Assembly (NCBI GenBank): GCA_018883125.1
Contig: VEQR01000006.1
Location: 1 to 61,097 of the forward strand
Direction of reading: 5' to 3'
Source: Candidatus Kapaibacterium sp.
Lineage (GTDB): Bacteria > Bacteroidota > Ignavibacteria > Kapaibacteriales > Kapaibacteriaceae
DNA: 61,097 nucleotides
Shown: one piece after another, positions 56,051 to 61,097 of the stretch
Layout of the letters: each line of letters opens with the position of its first letter
Numbering within the stretch: position 1 is the stretch's first letter
Program-made: the position numbers and the translations under genes
The notes under the pieces: model-generated
Databases searched by the model: none
What the model was told of the DNA's origin: nothing
Seen by the model: only the letters and a program-made list of their open reading frames with translations

Positions 56051-57397
56051 ATGAAACGATATCTCATTGGGTTTTGCAGTGCGTTGCTCGTCGTCCTTAC
56101 GGCGTGCGATACCTGGATCGACCCAAAAATCAATGTCAACCCAAATACCCCTGAGACGGCTGCCTACTCAGTAGTGCTGCCAACGGTCCAGGCTGGTATG
56201 GCGTATGTTATGGGTGGTGACTTTGGTCGGTACACGAGTGTTCTGAATCAGCAGAACACCGGTGTCGACCGTCAGCACCTTGGCATCTACAACTATCAGT
56301 TCACGGAAAGCGACGTCAACAATGCCTGGAGTACGATGTACACCGGACCGATGAATGACCTTGCTATCCTTATCGAGCGTGCAAAGGCCGATGGAGCACC
56401 CCACTACCAGGGTGTGTTCCAAGTGCTGATGGCATACGGTATGATCACCATGTCTGACCTTTGGGGCGATATCCCGTATTCGGAAGCACTCAGTGGTGCC
56501 AAGAATCCGGAACCAAAGTATGATACTCAGGAGAGCATCTACACGGCTGTGAACGCCATGCTTGACGATGCCATCAAGAATCTCGGTGCAGCCACGAGCA
56601 ATCTGAAGCCAGGCAGCGACGATCTCATGTACGGTGGCAAGACGGCAAGCTGGGTCAAGGCCGCTAACTCGCTGAAGGCCCGTATGGCAATTCACTTGGT
56701 GAATCGCAGCAATCAGGCCGCCGCAGGTGCGCTGGCAGCTGCCGCAGCCGGTATCGCTTCAAATGCCGAAGACTTCCAATTCACGTTTGGTGCGCTGGAG
56801 ACGGAAGGCAACCCATGGTATCAGTTCACCACGCAGCGCGATGGTGACCTAACCTTCGGTGTGAAGCTCTCCGAGATCATGATGGCCACGAAGGATCCAC
56901 GCGGCCCGATCTTTGCCGTTGCTGATTCGAATAGTGCTGTTTCCGGAACGTCAAGAATGAACGAATTCTATGCCGGCATCGGCTCAGCTGTTCCGTTCCT
57001 GACCTACGCGGAAATGAAGTTCATCGAGGCCGAAGCCAATAGCCGACTCGGAAACGCAGCTGCTGCTCACGCGGCATATGTTGCTGGTATCACGGCATCG
57101 ATGCAGCGCTCCGGTGTTGCTCCAACGGCGATCACGGCCTACCTTGCTCAGCCATCGGTTGATCCGGGTTCCGACAAGCTGACATTGGACAACATCATGA
57201 CGCAGAAGTACATTGCCATGTACACGCAGCCGGAGTCATGGTCAGATTGGCGCCGCACTGGGTTCCCAACGCTTGCGCCAACGACAGGCACAACGATCCC
57301 ACGTCGGTTCCCGTATGCACAATACGAGCGGCTTTACAATTCAAAGATGCCAGCCGGTAAAACGATCAATGATCGTGTCTGGTGGGATAACAATTAA
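56051..57397 (+). CDS. susD: SusD/RagB-family lipoprotein
   Basis: Lipobox LTAC; DLWGDIPYSEA, PKYD.QE.IY, YAE..FI.AEA, IMTQKYIA, WRRTG.P, VWWD. Confidence 0.93.
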   Translation: MKRYLIGFCSALLVVLTACDTWIDPKINVNPNTPETAAYSVVLPTVQAGMAYVMGGDFGRYTSVLNQQNTGVDRQHLGIYNYQFTESDVNNAWSTMYTGPMNDLAILIERAKADGAPHYQGVFQVLMAYGMITMSDLWGDIPYSEALSGAKNPEPKYDTQESIYTAVNAMLDDAIKNLGAATSNLKPGSDDLMYGGKTASWVKAANSLKARMAIHLVNRSNQAAAGALAAAAAGIASNAEDFQFTFGALETEGNPWYQFTTQRDGDLTFGVKLSEIMMATKDPRGPIFAVADSNSAVSGTSRMNEFYAGIGSAVPFLTYAEMKFIEAEANSRLGNAAAAHAAYVAGITASMQRSGVAPTAITAYLAQPSVDPGSDKLTLDNIMTQKYIAMYTQPESWSDWRRTGFPTLAPTTGTTIPRRFPYAQYERLYNSKMPAGKTINDRVWWDNN

Positions 57398-57417
57398 GGC
57401 TGTCCTCGACGCAACAC

Positions 57418-57457
57418 AAAGGCCGGTGCATCAGGTGATGCACCGGCCTTTTCTTTT
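57418..57457 (+). terminator. Strong intrinsic terminator after susD (probably bidirectional)
   Basis: AAAGGCCGGTGCATC-AGGT-GATGCACCGGCCTTTTCTTTT. Confidence 0.9.
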
Positions 57458-57504
57458 CTCTCACTTCACCAGTGCATCGCACTAGTGAGCAATATGAAGC
57501 CCCC

Positions 57505-58533
57505 TTACGACGGTACTCCGGTTACCGTTGTGTATTTGATGACGTGCTTCTTTTCAGGGTGCTGACGCTGATACTCATGATTGAGAGCGACAGCTGCCTC
57601 ATGGAATCCCGAGAGGATAAGCTTGAGCTTGTTTGGATACTCACAGATGTCGCCCACGGCATACATGCCATCGAGCGTGGTCATGTAGTTGGTCGGGTCA
57701 ACAACGACGGCATTCTTGTCCAGAGCCAGCCCCCATTGGGCGATCGGACCGAGCTTCGGAGATAGTCCGAAGAGCGGGATGAAGTGGTCCACGGATAGGT
57801 CACTGGTCGATCCATCGTTACGCGTGATCGTAACCGACGTGAGCGATCCTTGGCCCGCAAGCCCCGTGACCTGAGCATCGGTGATCATGGCGATGCGTCC
57901 GGCAGCGGCCAGGTCGCGTGCCTTCGAGACACTGTCCGGTGCGGCACGGAACTGATCGCTTCGGTGCACAAGCGTCACGTGAGACGCGATATCCGCCAGC
58001 ACGATCGTCCAATCCAGTGCCGAGTCTCCCCCGCCGCCGATGATAACCCGCTTGCCACGGTAGAACTCCGGATCCTTGATGATGTACTCTACACCACGAT
58101 CTTCGAACTCGCCAATGTTGCCAATTGCCGGCTTGCGGGGCTCAAAGCATCCCAAGCCACCGGCCAGGAATACTGTCTTGCCGTGGATCACCGTTCCCTT
58201 TGTGGTCGTCAGACGGAACGAGCCATCATCAAGCTTCACAAGTTCCTCCGCGCGCTCACCGAGAGTGAACGACGGCGAGAAAGGGGCTCCCTGTTTAATG
58301 AGGTTATCCACCAGGTCGCCGGCCAGAACGGACGGAAATCCGGGAATATCGTAGATCGGCTTCTTCGGGTAGATTTCAGCGCACTGTCCGCCTGGGATCG
58401 GCAGATAATCAACGAGGTGGCATTTCCACTTCAGCAGACCTGCCTCAAAGACGGTGAACAGACCGCAAGGGCCGGCACCGATAACAATAACGTCCGTTCG
58501 GTGAACATTGTCGTGATTTGATTCCGACGTCAT
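57505..58533 (-). CDS. Thioredoxin-reductase-like ferredoxin-NADP+ reductase
   Basis: GAGPCG, GGQC..IYP.KPIYDIPG, GGGDSALDW, GD...YP.KLKLI..GF.EA; no CxxC. Confidence 0.9.
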   Translation of the reverse strand: MTSESNHDNVHRTDVIVIGAGPCGLFTVFEAGLLKWKCHLVDYLPIPGGQCAEIYPKKPIYDIPGFPSVLAGDLVDNLIKQGAPFSPSFTLGERAEELVKLDDGSFRLTTTKGTVIHGKTVFLAGGLGCFEPRKPAIGNIGEFEDRGVEYIIKDPEFYRGKRVIIGGGGDSALDWTIVLADIASHVTLVHRSDQFRAAPDSVSKARDLAAAGRIAMITDAQVTGLAGQGSLTSVTITRNDGSTSDLSVDHFIPLFGLSPKLGPIAQWGLALDKNAVVVDPTNYMTTLDGMYAVGDICEYPNKLKLILSGFHEAAVALNHEYQRQHPEKKHVIKYTTVTGVPS

Positions 58534-59621
58534 GACTGATGATTCTCCATTGATGTAGGTTCAGAGAACAACCGGATACGAATTCCGGAACGTGTCTCGA
58601 TGATCCAGCAGAAACCGCCAATGAGCAATGCCGTGCCTTGATTTACGATCCACGAGATCATTGCAAACACAAATCCCTCGGCGGGAGTTGCGCCAAAAAG
58701 CGAAACAAGCGAAATCTGCGCAGCGACGTGATACACACCAATGGCTCCGGGCGTTGGCGCAATCGTCACGGCCAACGCAAGGATCATCAGCAGAAGCGTC
58801 GCATCGGCAAGCCCAGCACTCACTGTCGCCGCATATGGCATGGCCATAAGGGCCGACCACGTAGTGATGATATACAATGCCCAGATGGCAAGGGTAAAGA
58901 GCGTAATGGGTATCAGCAATCGAGGCTGACGCACCGAGGAGAGTCCGTCGCGGAGGCGGTGCAGAGCCCCCTGAATTGACGAGGCACTTTTCTGGTGGAC
59001 CTTGCCAAGCGTGGCGCCGATGATGGCCTCACCGGCGCGGGTAAAGACAACGATCACCACGACAGCCGCAAGCAAGGCAAGAATGAGAAACAGGCTCGTG
59101 ATCGTTGACTGTGTATCTGCAGCCGCAAAGGTCGTGGGTGCAGCTCCTTGCATGCGCAGCAGCGTTGTGACGAGTTCATTCTGAGCATACGTCATCACGA
59201 TGAATATCCCTGCAAGAAGCGTCAGCACGTCGATGACGCGTTCGACAACAACACTGCCAATCGATGTTTCGGCAGGAATGCGAGCACGTTGCGCCAGCAC
59301 CAGGGGCCGTGCCAACTCTCCGGCCCGCGGAACAATGGCATTTGCTGCATATCCTATCATCACGGCGTTGAAGGACGATGAAAGAGACACCTTGGCACCT
59401 GATGGGCGAAGGAGGATCTCCCAGCGAAGCGCTCGAGCAACATGCGCAACGATACCCGTCAGAAGAGCGACGATGACCCACCCATAGTTGAGCCTACCGA
59501 TGCTGTTCATCATGAGGTCTAGATCGGCTGCGCTGGTACCGTTGATCAGGTATGAACCGGTTAGGACAACCAGGATAAGGGGCACGATGTAGGTGACAAG
59601 GATTCGGGCAGCGCGTTTCAT
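58530..59621 (-). CDS. Lysylphosphatidylglycerol-synthase TM / UPF0104 flippase-like protein
   Basis: RALRW..LL, NAIVPRAGELAR, VVVERVID, PTPGAIGVYH. Confidence 0.88.
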   Translation of the reverse strand: MKRAARILVTYIVPLILVVLTGSYLINGTSAADLDLMMNSIGRLNYGWVIVALLTGIVAHVARALRWEILLRPSGAKVSLSSSFNAVMIGYAANAIVPRAGELARPLVLAQRARIPAETSIGSVVVERVIDVLTLLAGIFIVMTYAQNELVTTLLRMQGAAPTTFAAADTQSTITSLFLILALLAAVVVIVVFTRAGEAIIGATLGKVHQKSASSIQGALHRLRDGLSSVRQPRLLIPITLFTLAIWALYIITTWSALMAMPYAATVSAGLADATLLLMILALAVTIAPTPGAIGVYHVAAQISLVSLFGATPAEGFVFAMISWIVNQGTALLIGGFCWIIETRSGIRIRLFSEPTSMENHQS

Positions 59622-61097
59622 GAGCGTACCTTCTTCCGGGGCTTATTCGGCTTTCCCTCCCCCGTTTGCTCTACTTCTTGGTGATCACTGTAGAATGCCG
59701 CCAGTGCCTGACCGGTGTGTGACGACGGTACCTTGATCACATCGGTAGGAGTACCGGATGCCACCACATGACCGCCGGCGGAGCCACCTTCCGGACCGAT
59801 ATCGATGATCCAGTCGGCAGAGCTGATGACATGAAGGTTATGCTCGATGATGAGCAGCGTATGACCCTGATCTACCATTCGATCGAACGACGTCAAGAGG
59901 CGCGCTACGTCATGTACATGCAGACCCGTCGTTGGCTCATCAAAAATGAAAAGCCGAGATCCTTCGGTATGAGAATCCAAATGCCCAGCAAGCTTTACTC
60001 GCTGGGCTTCGCCCCCGCTGAGGTGCGTCGATGGCTGGCCAAGACGCAGATATCCAAGACCTACATCAGAGAGGATTCTCAACTTATTGACGATACGCGG
60101 GTAGTCCTTGAAATGCGTAATTGCATCATCAACCGTCATGGCCAGCACATCAATGATCGACTTGCCATTATAGAGAATCGATCGAGCATCGCGGCGATAC
60201 CGCGTCCCTTGGCATGCTTCGCATGGTAGAGTAAGATCCGGCAAGAACTGCATTTCGATCAGAACCGAACCAGCCCCTTCACAGACCTCACAGCGTCCAC
60301 CAGAGACGTTGAAGGAAAAGTACCCCGACTTCCAACCAAACTGCTTGGCCGCCTGCGTGGAAGCGTAGACGTCACGGATCAGATCGAAAACCTTGATGTA
60401 GGTTGCCGGCGTCGAGCGCGAGGAGCGTCCGATCGGTGTTTGGTCCACCATCTCCACACCGGCGATATACTCCAGACCATCAATGCGCGCATGAGAACCA
60501 ACTTCTCCGCCGTAGGCACCGAAGGCCCGTGCTATGGCACCGTAAATGACACCATGAACCAGCGAGCTTTTTCCCGAACCCGATACACCCGTGACGGCGG
60601 TCATGGTTCCCAGAGGAATGCTAACCTTGTCTCCTTTGAGGTTGTGGTGCACGGCACCTATCACATCAATGGATTTGCCGCTGCCGCGTCGGAATGCCGA
60701 CTTTGGCGCAATGGCCTTCTCGCCACGAAGATATTGGGACGTCAGGGACTGGCCCGTGGCAATCATGGTATCAAGCGACCCGCTGAAGGCAATCTCGCCA
60801 CCGAGCTCACCGGCAAGGGGGCCGACATCGATCACATGGTCTGCCGTTCGGATAACATCAAGGTCATGCTCGACAACAACAACGGTGTTGCCAAGGCCTT
60901 TGAGTCGACGGAGGATGCCAAGAAGCCGACCGGTGTCGCGCGGGTGAAGGCCAATACTCGGCTCGTCCAACACATACAGCGTGCCAACGAGCGCACTACC
61001 AAGCGATGATGCCAAATTGATGCGCTGTGACTCGCCCCCTGAGAGCGTGTGCGAGAGTCGATCCAGGGTCAGGTATTCTAGTCCGATTTCGCACAGC
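59618..61097 (-). CDS. uvrA: Excinuclease ABC subunit A; 3' part only, runs off window end
   Basis: Frame stays open to the edge (IGLEYLTLDR...LSGGESQRI); LDEPSIGLH, GVSGSGKS, CxxC zinc fingers, LSGGEAQR. Confidence 0.97.
   Translation of the reverse strand, partial: LCEIGLEYLTLDRLSHTLSGGESQRINLASSLGSALVGTLYVLDEPSIGLHPRDTGRLLGILRRLKGLGNTVVVVEHDLDVIRTADHVIDVGPLAGELGGEIAFSGSLDTMIATGQSLTSQYLRGEKAIAPKSAFRRGSGKSIDVIGAVHHNLKGDKVSIPLGTMTAVTGVSGSGKSSLVHGVIYGAIARAFGAYGGEVGSHARIDGLEYIAGVEMVDQTPIGRSSRSTPATYIKVFDLIRDVYASTQAAKQFGWKSGYFSFNVSGGRCEVCEGAGSVLIEMQFLPDLTLPCEACQGTRYRRDARSILYNGKSIIDVLAMTVDDAITHFKDYPRIVNKLRILSDVGLGYLRLGQPSTHLSGGEAQRVKLAGHLDSHTEGSRLFIFDEPTTGLHVHDVARLLTSFDRMVDQGHTLLIIEHNLHVISSADWIIDIGPEGGSAGGHVVASGTPTDVIKVPSSHTGQALAAFYSDHQEVEQTGEGKPNKPRKKVRS

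Noticed and set aside
57850-58521. 223-aa ORF antisense to the ferredoxin-NADP+ reductase
   Set aside because: Antisense shadow.
1-61097. CRISPR arrays, tRNA/rRNA, IS elements, retrons/DGRs, anti-phage defence genes
   Set aside because: No regularly spaced repeats, RNA-gene signatures, transposase, reverse transcriptase or defence-type nuclease ORFs were recognised by eye; nearly all sequence is accounted for by the listed CDSs.

Overview
Gene-dense bacterial chromosome segment with many ATGA/TGATG overlaps and about 44 CDSs, two of them truncated at the window edges. A SusC/SusD pair, several T9SS-type C-terminal sorting domains and TAnnTT(T/C)GC promoter boxes indicate the FCB group (Bacteroidota/Chlorobi/Ignavibacteria). 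Ca. Kapabacteria is my best guess, by inference only. Most content is housekeeping (pepA, glmS, lptD, folE, rnhB, ftsY, purB, tsaB, mfd, prmA, kdsC, sucC, uvrA). I saw no tRNA, rRNA, CRISPR array, IS element, integrase or prophage core genes. The best candidates for something new are: (1) a four-gene cluster at 34987-40260 of exported proteins built from phage-tail-fibre-like, MAT-like and polyglycine modules, with no phage genes nearby; (2) a strand-specific, alternatively folding RNA leader upstream of susC; (3) a promoter grammar that implies leaderless mRNAs and overlapping bidirectional promoters; (4) a 12-codon mini-ORF with a T7 tract between an ECF sigma factor and its anti-sigma; (5) a heme c plus FG-GAP propeller protein coupled to purB; (6) a biopterin-type PTPS paired with folE. 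All family assignments come from motif recognition by eye, not database searches.
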